From the sequence record DRR723986_3396: a stretch of 43,332 nucleotides of DNA; one strand, written 5' to 3'. Shown here one piece after another: positions 29,285 through 38,570 of this stretch (positions are counted from its first letter, which is position 1; every line of letters begins with the position of its first letter). The translations under genes were made by a program, and so were the position numbers. Under the pieces are notes generated by a model, which had not been told where the DNA came from, searched no databases, and saw only the letters and a list, made by a program, of their open reading frames with translations.

Positions 29285-30483
29285 AACACACCTTCCTTGC
29301 GCAAATCTGCGTGGTGACTGGGCCAGGTTTTCCGCATCAACAGTTCAACTTCTCGACCAACCGCGTCCAAATAGGCACGGCACCGTTTGTGGGTTTCGGT
29401 GCGCGTTGCTGGGCCCGTGATTTCATATACCGTGCTCAGGTTCGCGGTTGCGTTGTCGATTTCCGCACTGTCTTTCAGAACAGCCGATAACATATCCTGC
29501 GGGAACACGGCGTCCATCATTCGTTTAATCGCCACATGCGCAGATTTGTTATCATTCATCTTTGTCGCAAGGATTTTGACAAACGAATAGTCCCGTTCAC
29601 CGCCATGCTGTGCCAGCTCGCCCAATGTTGCGCCCATCATCTTGAGGAAATGCGCAGTCGAGCCAAAATCGATATTGTTGGGTGGGGCAGGGATCACCAT
29701 CGCATTTGCAGCGCGCAACACAGAGAGGGAAATCATACCCAGAGCCGGGGGCGGGTCCAGCAGGATGACGTCAAACTGATCCGAAATCGTGGCGATGCCA
29801 TCGCGGAGCCGATCAAGGATAAAGGTTTGATCACGGACCATGCGCGCGGCAAATTCATATTCAGCATCGTAAAGCCCCAGATTGGCGGGGATCATCGCGA
29901 TGCCGGGCCAATAAGTGGCGCGCAAAGCATAGTGGAGGCTGGAGGGCCCCCCGTGTTGGAAGAACGGATACAGGGTGTCTTCGGTCTCATCCACGTCGAT
30001 ATCGGGGTTCAAACCGAAAATGGATGTGGTTGAAGCCTGACTGTCACAATCAATCACGCAGACCCTATAACCGCGCAGGGCCATGAATTGGGCAAGATGG
30101 GTTGTTACAGTGGATTTTCCGACACCGCCTTTGAAGGACTGAACAGATAAAACCAAGGGGGGATCTTCGGGCGCGCGGTGGGGTAGGGTGCCGAATACCT
30201 CGCGCATGCGATTGACGTCTGCCAATGAATATCCGGTTCTACGCCCCGTTTTAGAGTCTTTTTCTGGCTCAGGAAGACGCCCGTCTGCTTCGGCGTCCCG
30301 GATTAGTTTTTCTGAGCGTCCGACCATTTCAGCGGCAGAGCGGACATTGAACCGCAGCCCAAGTTGTTTGCTGGCGTCAGGGGCAAAGACACGGTCCCGC
30401 AAGCGGTCCATAACAGTGCTGGCGCGATCTGAGAGATGCTCGATCTCATCCAGTCCGATAGGGGGGAGCGGGGTAGGGGTCAT
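29281..30483 (-). CDS. parA: ParA partition ATPase (type Ia, N-terminal HTH)
   Basis: KGGVGKST deviant Walker A, IDCDSQAS, LDPPPALG; ATGA overlap with parB. Confidence 0.95.
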   Translation of the reverse strand: MTPTPLPPIGLDEIEHLSDRASTVMDRLRDRVFAPDASKQLGLRFNVRSAAEMVGRSEKLIRDAEADGRLPEPEKDSKTGRRTGYSLADVNRMREVFGTLPHRAPEDPPLVLSVQSFKGGVGKSTVTTHLAQFMALRGYRVCVIDCDSQASTTSIFGLNPDIDVDETEDTLYPFFQHGGPSSLHYALRATYWPGIAMIPANLGLYDAEYEFAARMVRDQTFILDRLRDGIATISDQFDVILLDPPPALGMISLSVLRAANAMVIPAPPNNIDFGSTAHFLKMMGATLGELAQHGGERDYSFVKILATKMNDNKSAHVAIKRMMDAVFPQDMLSAVLKDSAEIDNATANLSTVYEITGPATRTETHKRCRAYLDAVGREVELLMRKTWPSHHADLRKEGVL

Positions 30484-30808
30484 GTGCCTGATCCTGTTGA
30501 ATTCTGCCTCTGTCGAATCATGACGCTTTTCCGGGGTCTTCTCAAGTGCGGTTTTTTACAGATTCCCTGCAAAAAAAGGGAAATCTGAAATTCATGCGGA
30601 TGAAAAAGGAAATTGGGCGCTGTGGCATAATTTTTCGCACTCTGAGTGCTTGCAGATTGGAAATTCGCCAGAGTTAAAGGCGATGCCTGCTGAGGGTGGT
30701 CCCAAACAAAACTCAAATCAAGAAAAACCTCTGTCTGGTTCTATATTCATAGATTCAGGTGTTCGTGGGGGGATAACATATATTTAACAATGTGTTGCGT
30801 CTTTAATC

Positions 30809-31016
30809 GATACATATTGGGCGCAAACTCATACGTATTGGGGCGTTTGATCTTACAGATCGGGGGGGCAAAACTTACATCTTGGGTGACCTTTAAAACT
30901 TACATATTGGGGTGGCTCATCTGATTCTCTAACCCCCTATTTTAAAGGGGTTTTTGCAGGCGTAACAGAATCAGCAGCCGCTTGCTCACGATTCGAAACC
31001 TTACAATTTGGGTGAT
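30809..31016 (+). repeat. Iterons of the replication origin
   Basis: TAC-N3-T(T/C)GGG cores at 30811, 30832, 30854, 30876, 30901 and 31002 (spacings 21, 22, 22, 25, 101); AT-rich flank at ~30770-30805. Confidence 0.8.
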
Positions 31017-31090
31017 GGACCGGGCGGGGTTATCTGCTTATACTTACATCAATAAAACTACAAAAGTAAGAATTGAGTGTTGGGCAAGAC

Positions 31091-32128
31091 ATGTCAAAGA
31101 AACCTTATCGCACCTTGGACGCGCGACCAAATGCAGAAAGCCTGATCAAACCCGGAGAGCTGGTGGATGTGATCGAGGTGACGCCGCTGACGTTAAATGA
31201 CAGGCGTATCTATAACCAATTGCTGGAAAACGCGTGGGATGCGATCGACAAACCGGTCAGCCATGTGATTTCTAAGTCGATGCTGCGCGGATCACATAAC
31301 TCCAACGATAGGGTAGGGGAGTCGATTGAGCGGCTGATGTCGGCCATTGTAAAGATCGAAGTCACCTGGGATGGGGAACCGGCGGTCGAGCGAGTGCAGC
31401 TATTGGGTGGGAACATCGAAACCACGCGGCAGGACGGGTTGATTGAATATGAAATTCCAGCGCGATTGCGGAAAATCATCTCTAACTCGACCATTTTCGC
31501 CCGTTTGCAGCGCGAGATCATGTTTGCGCTGAGTTCGAAATACGCACTGACGCTGTATGAAATCGTGCAAAAGCGGGGCAATTTGCGCTGGCGGTCGTCT
31601 GAAAAATTCTCAATCGAAGACCTGCGCGGGATTCTGGGCGTGCCTAAAGGCAAGTTGACCAGTTGGAGCAACCTGAACCTGCGCGCGATCACCCCAGCCA
31701 TGGCCGAAGTGAATGCCTTGTCCGATTACATGGTGGCCATCGATCCGATCAAAACCGGGCGGCGGGTGACGCATGTGGAATTGCGGTGGTGGAAAAAAGA
31801 CGGCGAGGGGCAGGGCGCGGCTGAGCGGGCGTTGCAGTTTTCGTCGGTGGGCCGCAAGACGCGCAGTATGGGGCAAGGGGAAGAGGTGATTGCGCCAACG
31901 CCACCCGTGGCCCCACCGGTCAAACCGCGCCCGGCCTGGCTGGACAAACAAGGCACGGCGTTGAAAACGGAAACCTATGAAACGGTGCGGATGCGGCATC
32001 CGGGGTATGACATTTATTATGTCGAAGGGCAGTGGCGGGATTGGGCGGCGGGCAAAGAACCGGCCAAGGATCCAGATCGTGCTTTTTTAGCCTTTTTTCG
32101 TACATATGCCGAAGCGAACCCAATTTAG
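31091..32128 (+). CDS. Plasmid replication initiator, Rep_3 family (RepB-type)
   Basis: LTL.DRR.YN.LL, LSSKYAL.LYE, LR.ILGV..GK...W..L..RAI.PA..EVN, K.GRRV..V; divergent from parAB across the iterons. Confidence 0.9.
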   Translation: MSKKPYRTLDARPNAESLIKPGELVDVIEVTPLTLNDRRIYNQLLENAWDAIDKPVSHVISKSMLRGSHNSNDRVGESIERLMSAIVKIEVTWDGEPAVERVQLLGGNIETTRQDGLIEYEIPARLRKIISNSTIFARLQREIMFALSSKYALTLYEIVQKRGNLRWRSSEKFSIEDLRGILGVPKGKLTSWSNLNLRAITPAMAEVNALSDYMVAIDPIKTGRRVTHVELRWWKKDGEGQGAAERALQFSSVGRKTRSMGQGEEVIAPTPPVAPPVKPRPAWLDKQGTALKTETYETVRMRHPGYDIYYVEGQWRDWAAGKEPAKDPDRAFLAFFRTYAEANPI

Positions 32129-32150
32129 GATCAAGACCGGCGCGTCACCG

Positions 32151-33089
32151 TCAGTTTTGGCTTGGGGCCCACGGCTGTGTGCCTTGCAATGCTTCTAAAA
32201 GTCCGGAAACGGCGCGTGACTTAATAGTGCCGTTTACCAAGGCCGTTTCTGGTGTTTGTTGTGTGATAGCAAAAAAGGAATGCGGTAACGGCAGGCCCAT
32301 TGTGGTGGGAAGGACAAGTTGGTCCGTATCCAGAAGCTCTTGAAACAGTCGTTTGGGAACAAGTGCGATCCCGCCGCCCTGAGCGGCCAACGTGGCAGCG
32401 ACGGCTGATCCACCAACCCGCATGCCCGCGCGCGGATCGGGGTTGCGGATGTTTTCTGCAGCTCGAAACCACGCCGCCCAAGTGGGGTACGAGGCATAGC
32501 TTTCGCCCCAATCGGTGTGGATGAAGTGACTGTCTGAAAGCGATGTTACCCCCCCATCCGCGAGGTGATTTTTGGCGAACTCTTTTGAACACATTGGATA
32601 GGCCACATCGGTAAACAGCGGTGTGGCGGTGAGTTGGGGATACATGTGGCTTTCATAGGTCAGGCGAATGTCCACTTGGGTTCGCACCAGATCAACGGGA
32701 TCAGCTTCGATCCGCAACTCAACCCCGATGTCTGGAAAGCGTTTGCGAAAATGGATCAAGGCGGGCGCGACCCATTGGACGGACAGGGATTGAATGGTGC
32801 TGAGGACAATGCTGGACCGGGCGTCGTTTTCGAGCAGGTGATCTGAGATCGAGGAAATTTCTGTCAGGGCTGTTGAGATCGACGGGTAAAGCTGTCGGCC
32901 CGCGTCGGTCAGGTGCAATTCGTTGTGCGTGCGCAGAAACAGCTTTTTGCCAAAGAATTCCTCGGCCTTGCGCACCTGCATGCTGACGGCTGGCGGGGAA
33001 ACGCCCAGTTCAACGGCGGCGGCGGTAAAGCCACCTAGCCGTACCGTCGCTTCAAAGGCTTTGAGCGGGTTCAAGGGAGGCAGGCGCAT
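32151..33089 (-). CDS. LysR regulator, GcvA-like subfamily
   Basis: MRLPPLNPLKAFEA.VR.G.FT.AA.ELGVS..AVS.QV...E; W..P.L..F; W..WF. Confidence 0.92.
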   Translation of the reverse strand: MRLPPLNPLKAFEATVRLGGFTAAAVELGVSPPAVSMQVRKAEEFFGKKLFLRTHNELHLTDAGRQLYPSISTALTEISSISDHLLENDARSSIVLSTIQSLSVQWVAPALIHFRKRFPDIGVELRIEADPVDLVRTQVDIRLTYESHMYPQLTATPLFTDVAYPMCSKEFAKNHLADGGVTSLSDSHFIHTDWGESYASYPTWAAWFRAAENIRNPDPRAGMRVGGSAVAATLAAQGGGIALVPKRLFQELLDTDQLVLPTTMGLPLPHSFFAITQQTPETALVNGTIKSRAVSGLLEALQGTQPWAPSQN

Positions 33090-33196
33090 CGCATCATCCC
33101 GGTCAGGCAAAGAAAAACTGTGCCGAGACATACAATTTGTGGATTTGAAAAGCCAGCAACCTCGGGCCACTGTCGGGTCAAAGGAAGGGATTGCGC

Positions 33197-34204
33197 ATGG
33201 CTAAGATGGAAATTGAATATCTGGGAAAACCAGAGATCGACAAATTGGCGCTGACCAATGATGAAATTCTGTCAGCGGTGGAACAAGGGCTGATCGCTGC
33301 GGGGCAAGGCAGAACGGTGATCGAGCCACGTATGCATCTGACCCCTGATCCGGCGTTCAACGGGCATTTCAATGTGCTGCGTGGCTATGTGGAGCCTCTG
33401 GGCTATGCTGGGGTCAAAGTTGTTGGGGACTTTGTCGACAATTACAAACGCGGGCTGCCCTCAGAGTTGGCGTTGCTGAACCTGTTCTGTCCCCGGACCG
33501 GTGCGCCGCTCGCAGTGATTGACGCTGCTGGGATTACGGACATGCGCACCGGGGCTTTGACCGCGCTGGGGGCGAAATGGCTGGGGCCAAAGAACCCGAA
33601 AATCCTTGGCCATCTCGGGGCACGTGGAACGTCGTATTGGAATGTGCGCTTGTTGGATCACCTGTTTGATTTCGACGAAATCCGCGTGCATTCCCGCCGT
33701 CCTGAAAGCCGCAATGCCTTTGGCGAGAAGCTGAGCCAGGATCTGGGCAAGAAGGTCATCGTGACGGAGGATTGGGAAAGCTGTCTGTCGGGTGCAGATA
33801 TCATGATTGAAGCCACGCGGCTGAACGAACCAACTCCGATGTTTGACCGCTCTTGGGTGAAAAAAGGTAGCTTTGTTGTACCGTATGGCACCATGAGCGC
33901 CTTGCCGTTGAATTTTGTCGATGGGTTCGACAAGTTTGTGATGGATGATCTGGGACAGATGCGGGCCGGGCACTTAGGGGCACTGCGGCCGCATATTGAT
34001 GCAGGGAAGATCACCGAAGAAAGTTTCTATGCAGAGATCGGAGAGATCGCGTGCGGCGCGAAGCCCGGGCGGGAATCTGACGATGAAACCATCCTGTTCT
34101 GGCATCGGGGCATGTCGACCGGGGACATCGCATTGGGAGCTAAGATTTTGGACAAAGCGCGCGACATGGGGATTACACAGAATCTGCTGTATCGTGATGA
34201 ATGA
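33197..34204 (+). CDS. Ornithine cyclodeaminase/mu-crystallin family protein
   Basis: GVKVV.DF.DN...GLP, TG.PLA, ITDMRTGA, EIGEI..G.KPGR....E..LF...G....D.A; AAGGAAGGGA RBS. Confidence 0.9.
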   Translation: MAKMEIEYLGKPEIDKLALTNDEILSAVEQGLIAAGQGRTVIEPRMHLTPDPAFNGHFNVLRGYVEPLGYAGVKVVGDFVDNYKRGLPSELALLNLFCPRTGAPLAVIDAAGITDMRTGALTALGAKWLGPKNPKILGHLGARGTSYWNVRLLDHLFDFDEIRVHSRRPESRNAFGEKLSQDLGKKVIVTEDWESCLSGADIMIEATRLNEPTPMFDRSWVKKGSFVVPYGTMSALPLNFVDGFDKFVMDDLGQMRAGHLGALRPHIDAGKITEESFYAEIGEIACGAKPGRESDDETILFWHRGMSTGDIALGAKILDKARDMGITQNLLYRDE

Positions 34205-35717
34205 TCCGGTTTTGCATCTGGATGGCAGCTCGCTCGATCTGGGCGTCCTGTACCGCGCCGCGCATGGGACACCGCGGATTGCCCTAAGCCAGAGCGGTCT
34301 GGATGCGATGGCAGAGAGTCACGCTATGGTGCAGCAGGCGATCCGGGACAGGGTACCGGTCTATGGGGTGACAACTGGATTGGGCGCGAGGTCGACCGAA
34401 GTTCTGGATGAAACCGCATTGGCGGATTTCTCAGTTCAGACGCTGCGGGGCAGGGCGCATGCCATCGGACCAGAGGAACGTCGCGAGGTGATACGCGCGG
34501 GTCTGATTGTGCGGTTGAACACCTTGCTGTGCGGGTACAGCGGCGCGCGTCCAGAGTTGGCATTGCATCTTGCCAAATGCCTTGAGGCAGATGTGACACC
34601 TGTCTGTGGCCAAATCGGATCAATTGGCGCGGCGGATCTGGTTTTGAACGCAACTGTGGGCTTGGCTTTGATCGGCGAAGGTCAGATGCGGCATGGGGCG
34701 GGGGCGATTGGTCCAAGTGCGGAGGTGATGGCCGAACAAGGGATCACATCGCTTGTTCTGGCCCCGCGCGAGGGGTTGGCATTGGCCAATCACACAGGCG
34801 CTGTGGCGGGGGCCGCGGCTTTGGCAGTGTATGAGGCGCAAATAACGTTTCAAGCGGCTCAGACAGCCGCTGCGTTGTCTGTTGAGGGGTTTAGGGCCAA
34901 TCTTGGCCCATTGGATGCGGCGATATTGGCGGTTAAACCTCATCCCGGCCAGTTGAAGGCGGCGGCGGGACTGAGAGATCGGTTGGCAGGCAGCGTTTTG
35001 GCTGACACGACGCAGGCCCGGCGGTTGCAGGATCCGCTGAGTTTTCGCAACGTTGTGCAGATCCATGGTACGACGCAGAGCGCTTTGGATCAGGCGGCGG
35101 CGAGTATTGAGATTGAGATCAACAGTGCCAGCGACAATCCGGTGGCGTTGGTTGAAACCGGCAAGATCTTGTCGAGTGGGGCCTATTTCACCTCGGAAAT
35201 CAGCAGTGTTGTGGAAACGCTGAGCCGAAGCTTTGTGGCGCTGGCGTTTGCGCAATTGGCCCGGGTTTCCAAGCTGTTGAATCCTGTTTTCAGTGAATTG
35301 CCAAGCTTTCTAGCCAAACCAAACAGCGCCTCCAACGGGTTTGCGCCGGTGATGAAACCGGCGGAAGCCTTGGTGATGGAATTGGCGCATCAGGCGCAAC
35401 CGGTTCCGATTTGGCCCAGTGTGAACGCCAATGGAGTTGAGGATTGCATGACCGGGTCCCCGGCGGCGGTCAAAGCGTTGATGCAGGTCGTTGACCGGCT
35501 GCGTCGTCTGACGGCGATCGAGATGGTGGTGGCGGGGCAGGCGGTGGCGTTGCGCGAGTGCGAACCGGGTGTGGCGCCATATTTGAACACCGTCCTGGGA
35601 CAGGTGCGCAGCCTGTCACGGGCGTTTGAACAGGACCGGCCTTTGGGCGGCGACATCGAGGCGTTAGCAGATCATATTCGAGACTGGGGTTTGGGCGTAT
35701 TTGAGGTCATGGATTAG
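34197..35717 (+). CDS. Histidine/aromatic ammonia-lyase homologue lacking the MIO triad
   Basis: VYGVTTG.G, GSIGAADL (canonical GSVGASGDL), REGLAL.N, QDPLSFR, NSASDNP, VED; start overlaps the OCD stop. Confidence 0.9.
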   Translation: MNDPVLHLDGSSLDLGVLYRAAHGTPRIALSQSGLDAMAESHAMVQQAIRDRVPVYGVTTGLGARSTEVLDETALADFSVQTLRGRAHAIGPEERREVIRAGLIVRLNTLLCGYSGARPELALHLAKCLEADVTPVCGQIGSIGAADLVLNATVGLALIGEGQMRHGAGAIGPSAEVMAEQGITSLVLAPREGLALANHTGAVAGAAALAVYEAQITFQAAQTAAALSVEGFRANLGPLDAAILAVKPHPGQLKAAAGLRDRLAGSVLADTTQARRLQDPLSFRNVVQIHGTTQSALDQAAASIEIEINSASDNPVALVETGKILSSGAYFTSEISSVVETLSRSFVALAFAQLARVSKLLNPVFSELPSFLAKPNSASNGFAPVMKPAEALVMELAHQAQPVPIWPSVNANGVEDCMTGSPAAVKALMQVVDRLRRLTAIEMVVAGQAVALRECEPGVAPYLNTVLGQVRSLSRAFEQDRPLGGDIEALADHIRDWGLGVFEVMD

Positions 35718-35775
35718 ATTTTATATCTAAAGCATTGTAATATATATGTTAAATTCAGAAATATTTTTGAATTTA
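35714..35775. other. AT-rich island with two palindromes between convergent operons
   Basis: TTAGAT-N5-ATCTAA (35714-35730) and TAAATTCAGAAATATTTTTGAATTTA (35750-35775, one mismatch). Confidence 0.5.
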
Positions 35776-35981
35776 GGTAGGGCAGGGGGCTTTGAGTGGG
35801 GTTTAAGCCGTTATTTGCCGTGGGCCCTTGGTTCATTTGAGAGAACCGCGAAGTTTTGGGTGACCAGAGCGGGCGCATATACGACGCGTCCGCTCTGGAT
35901 CTTTCGTGATGGGGGCTGGGGAGAGTGAGGAGCCGGATCACCACGAAAGAAGGGGAATGCCTTGGGGCATGTATCTTATGT

Positions 35982-37055
35982 TCAGAGGCTGAGGGCCATT
36001 TGTTCGGCGTTTACAGTCAGTTCCGCGATCATTTTCTCTGACCAACTCAGCGCGCCAGAGGTCAGCAGGAAAACCTCGGGGACGACCACCCATTCTGCGA
36101 TCCATACACCGCCCGAACGTTCATGTTGATGCAAGGTCAGTTCCCCGACTTGTTCAGATCGCTGCCGTCCGAGGCGGCCGACGGCTTCGGCGAATTCGCT
36201 GGCCCGTTGGTTCCGCTTGTGATGCATCGACGAGGACACGCCTTTCCCTGTGACATGGCATTCAGACACTTCGGCAATGTCAGAGGACGACAGCAGATTG
36301 ATGTTGTGGGCGATCTTGCAGAGGGTCGCGCAGAGCGCGCCAAGGGCGGTCACAATATCTGACAGGCCGTCGCGTGCGTTTTGCCAATGTGGGTCGATCT
36401 GGCCAAGACCCAGAGCGTCTGCAACGCCGGTTTTGACGGCTTGGCCGGTGTCCCCGTCATATTTTGCCAGATCTCCGAGCGGGCCGCCGATCTGCACATT
36501 CAGGCCGCGTGTGGCGGCGTCTTGCAGGGCCTGTTCCCGGCGCAGCAATTCGGCGCGCCACACGTGCAGTTTCGTGGCCAGCGACATGGGAACCGCGTGC
36601 TGCCCGTTGGTGCGCCCGATCATCTGCGTGTCCTGCTGTTCGCTGATATGGCGATCCAGCTGGGTGATCAGTCGCCCGATGGTGTGGGTGATGTTGTCCA
36701 GGCTCAGCTTCATCTGCATTGCCAGGGCTGTGTCCAGAATGTCCTGTGTGGTGCTGTTGTAGTGAGCATAGGGGGCAAGGTTGGGGCCAATATGGGCGCG
36801 TATCTGGGCGACCAGATCAACGATTGGGCGGCCAACCATCGTCATGGCATCTCGCATCTGGTCTTGGTCCAGATGCGAGGCAGAAAAGGTGGCGATCTTG
36901 TCGGCGGCCTCTTGCGGGATCAGCCCGGCTTGGGCTTGAACCTTCGCAAGGGTTTGTTCGACTTTGATCCAAGCCGAAAGCGTTGAGTTTTCTGACCAGA
37001 TCCGACGCATTTCTACATCGCTAAAGCAATCTTGTGAGAGGTGCCAATTAAGCAT
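35982..37055 (-). CDS. Short fumarase/aspartase-superfamily lyase (PcaB/adenylosuccinate-lyase-like, 357 aa)
   Basis: H..ST.QDILDT, MIGRT..QHA.P, SSSMHHKRN signature, QHERSG..W.AEW; start overlaps the tctA stop. Confidence 0.85.
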   Translation of the reverse strand: MLNWHLSQDCFSDVEMRRIWSENSTLSAWIKVEQTLAKVQAQAGLIPQEAADKIATFSASHLDQDQMRDAMTMVGRPIVDLVAQIRAHIGPNLAPYAHYNSTTQDILDTALAMQMKLSLDNITHTIGRLITQLDRHISEQQDTQMIGRTNGQHAVPMSLATKLHVWRAELLRREQALQDAATRGLNVQIGGPLGDLAKYDGDTGQAVKTGVADALGLGQIDPHWQNARDGLSDIVTALGALCATLCKIAHNINLLSSSDIAEVSECHVTGKGVSSSMHHKRNQRASEFAEAVGRLGRQRSEQVGELTLHQHERSGGVWIAEWVVVPEVFLLTSGALSWSEKMIAELTVNAEQMALSL

Positions 37056-38565
37056 CGCCAAGACCCCCTTGGGCAATCTTTTGCTCGCGCAGGATGGTGC
37101 GAATGCGGAACGCCATGGCAGCAAGGCCAATCGCCAAGAACAGTGCGGCGATGGGGCGTTCGATGAAGACAAGTGCGCCGCCATCAGACATCAGCATGGA
37201 CTGGCGGAATGTTTCTTCGGCGCCTTTGGCGAGCACAAAAGAGATGACAAAGGCCGCGATGTTGAAATCGTATTTGCGCATCAGCCAGCCGACGAACCCG
37301 GCCACTGTCATGACGGTGACGTCAAACATGGACCCACGGGCGGAATAAGCGGCGACAAACGAGGTCAGGAAGATCATCGGGTAAAGCACGTTTGTCGGGA
37401 TTTTCAGAATGATCCGGGCGACTTGTGTTGCACCGAAATACCCGATCAACCCGTAGGCAAGAATGCCCAACATGCCACAAGCAAAGAGTCTGTAGATGAG
37501 TTCTTTGTCGGTCAGGAACAGGGTCGGGCCGACCTGAATGCCGTGGATCAGGAACACGCCCAACAGGATAGCGCCAATGGTCGATCCGGGGATGCCAAGC
37601 GTGAGCAGGGGGGCCATTGAGGGGCCAGAGACCGCGTTGTTGGCGGCTTCGGGCGCGGCGACACCTTCGAGGGCGCCCTTGCCCCATTTTTCGGGGTTTT
37701 TGGCGCGGCGTTTGCCTTCGCCGTAAGAGATGAAGGCGGCAATTGCAGAACCCAGACCGGGCAGGACACCGATAAAGGCCCCGATGACACCACCGCGCAG
37801 GGCGTGGGGCAGGCAGGGTTTGTATTCATCCCATGTCAGGGTGTTGTCGTCGCCTACTTGGTCGTTGACTTCGATCTCTGCGTTCTTGGCTTTTTTGCGC
37901 TCTTCGAGCTGCGCGAAGACTTCGCCCAAGACAAAGACGCCAATCATCAGCGGCACAAGGCCGATGCCGTTGGACAGGTCAAAAGACCCGAAGGTATAGC
38001 GTTCTTGGCTGGAAATTGGATCAAGACCGACCATGGCGACCAGAATACCGATGAAGGCAGAGGCCAGACCTTTCAGGATGGATTTCCCGATCACCGATCC
38101 GATCACCACAAAGGCGGCAAAGTAGATGGCAAAGGTTTCGGGTGGGCCAAGCTTTAACGCCAATGCGGCAATGAAACCAACCCCGACAACCAACATGATA
38201 TCGCCCATGAAATCGCCGATCACCGAGGAAATGGTGGCGACCTTCATCGCTTTGCCAGCCTTGCCGCTTTTGGCGAGGGGATAGCCGTCAAGCTGTGTCG
38301 CGGCAGAGGCGGCGGTGCCGGGTGTGTTGAACAGGATGGCGGCGATTGATCCGCCGTAGCGGCCGGATTTGCCGATCACATAGAGAAAGGCGAGGGCGAA
38401 CAGGGGTTCCATGTAAAAGGTGATGGGCAGCAACATCGCAATCGCGGCTGAGGCCGTTAGACCGGGAATTGCGCCAACAATCATCCCGACAACAGCTGCC
38501 AAAAGGATGGCGGCCAAGAGCATGGGGTCGGAGATGACAGAAAGAAGTGCGGGAAAAATATCCAT
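37048..38565 (-). CDS. tctA: TTT large membrane subunit TctA (second copy)
   Basis: Same TctA motifs as 23047-24561, with long identical peptide stretches. Confidence 0.95.
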   Translation of the reverse strand: MDIFPALLSVISDPMLLAAILLAAVVGMIVGAIPGLTASAAIAMLLPITFYMEPLFALAFLYVIGKSGRYGGSIAAILFNTPGTAASAATQLDGYPLAKSGKAGKAMKVATISSVIGDFMGDIMLVVGVGFIAALALKLGPPETFAIYFAAFVVIGSVIGKSILKGLASAFIGILVAMVGLDPISSQERYTFGSFDLSNGIGLVPLMIGVFVLGEVFAQLEERKKAKNAEIEVNDQVGDDNTLTWDEYKPCLPHALRGGVIGAFIGVLPGLGSAIAAFISYGEGKRRAKNPEKWGKGALEGVAAPEAANNAVSGPSMAPLLTLGIPGSTIGAILLGVFLIHGIQVGPTLFLTDKELIYRLFACGMLGILAYGLIGYFGATQVARIILKIPTNVLYPMIFLTSFVAAYSARGSMFDVTVMTVAGFVGWLMRKYDFNIAAFVISFVLAKGAEETFRQSMLMSDGGALVFIERPIAALFLAIGLAAMAFRIRTILREQKIAQGGLGDA

Positions 38566-38570
38566 GTCTC

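Noticed and set aside
30809-30915. Repeats as a mini CRISPR array
   Set aside because: The units are degenerate 11-mers with ~10-bp gaps, lie between parA and rep, and no cas genes are present
34197-35717. Calling this gene hutH (histidase)
   Set aside because: No ASG triad for MIO, the His83- and Tyr280-equivalent residues are changed, and no hut genes are nearby
35960-35985. GCAT...TTATGTTCAG as a second dif-like site
   Set aside because: Arm spacing does not fit the 11-6-11 architecture
35982-37055. Calling this gene pcaB or purB
   Set aside because: Superfamily membership is clear, but the catalytic motifs deviate and there is no pathway context
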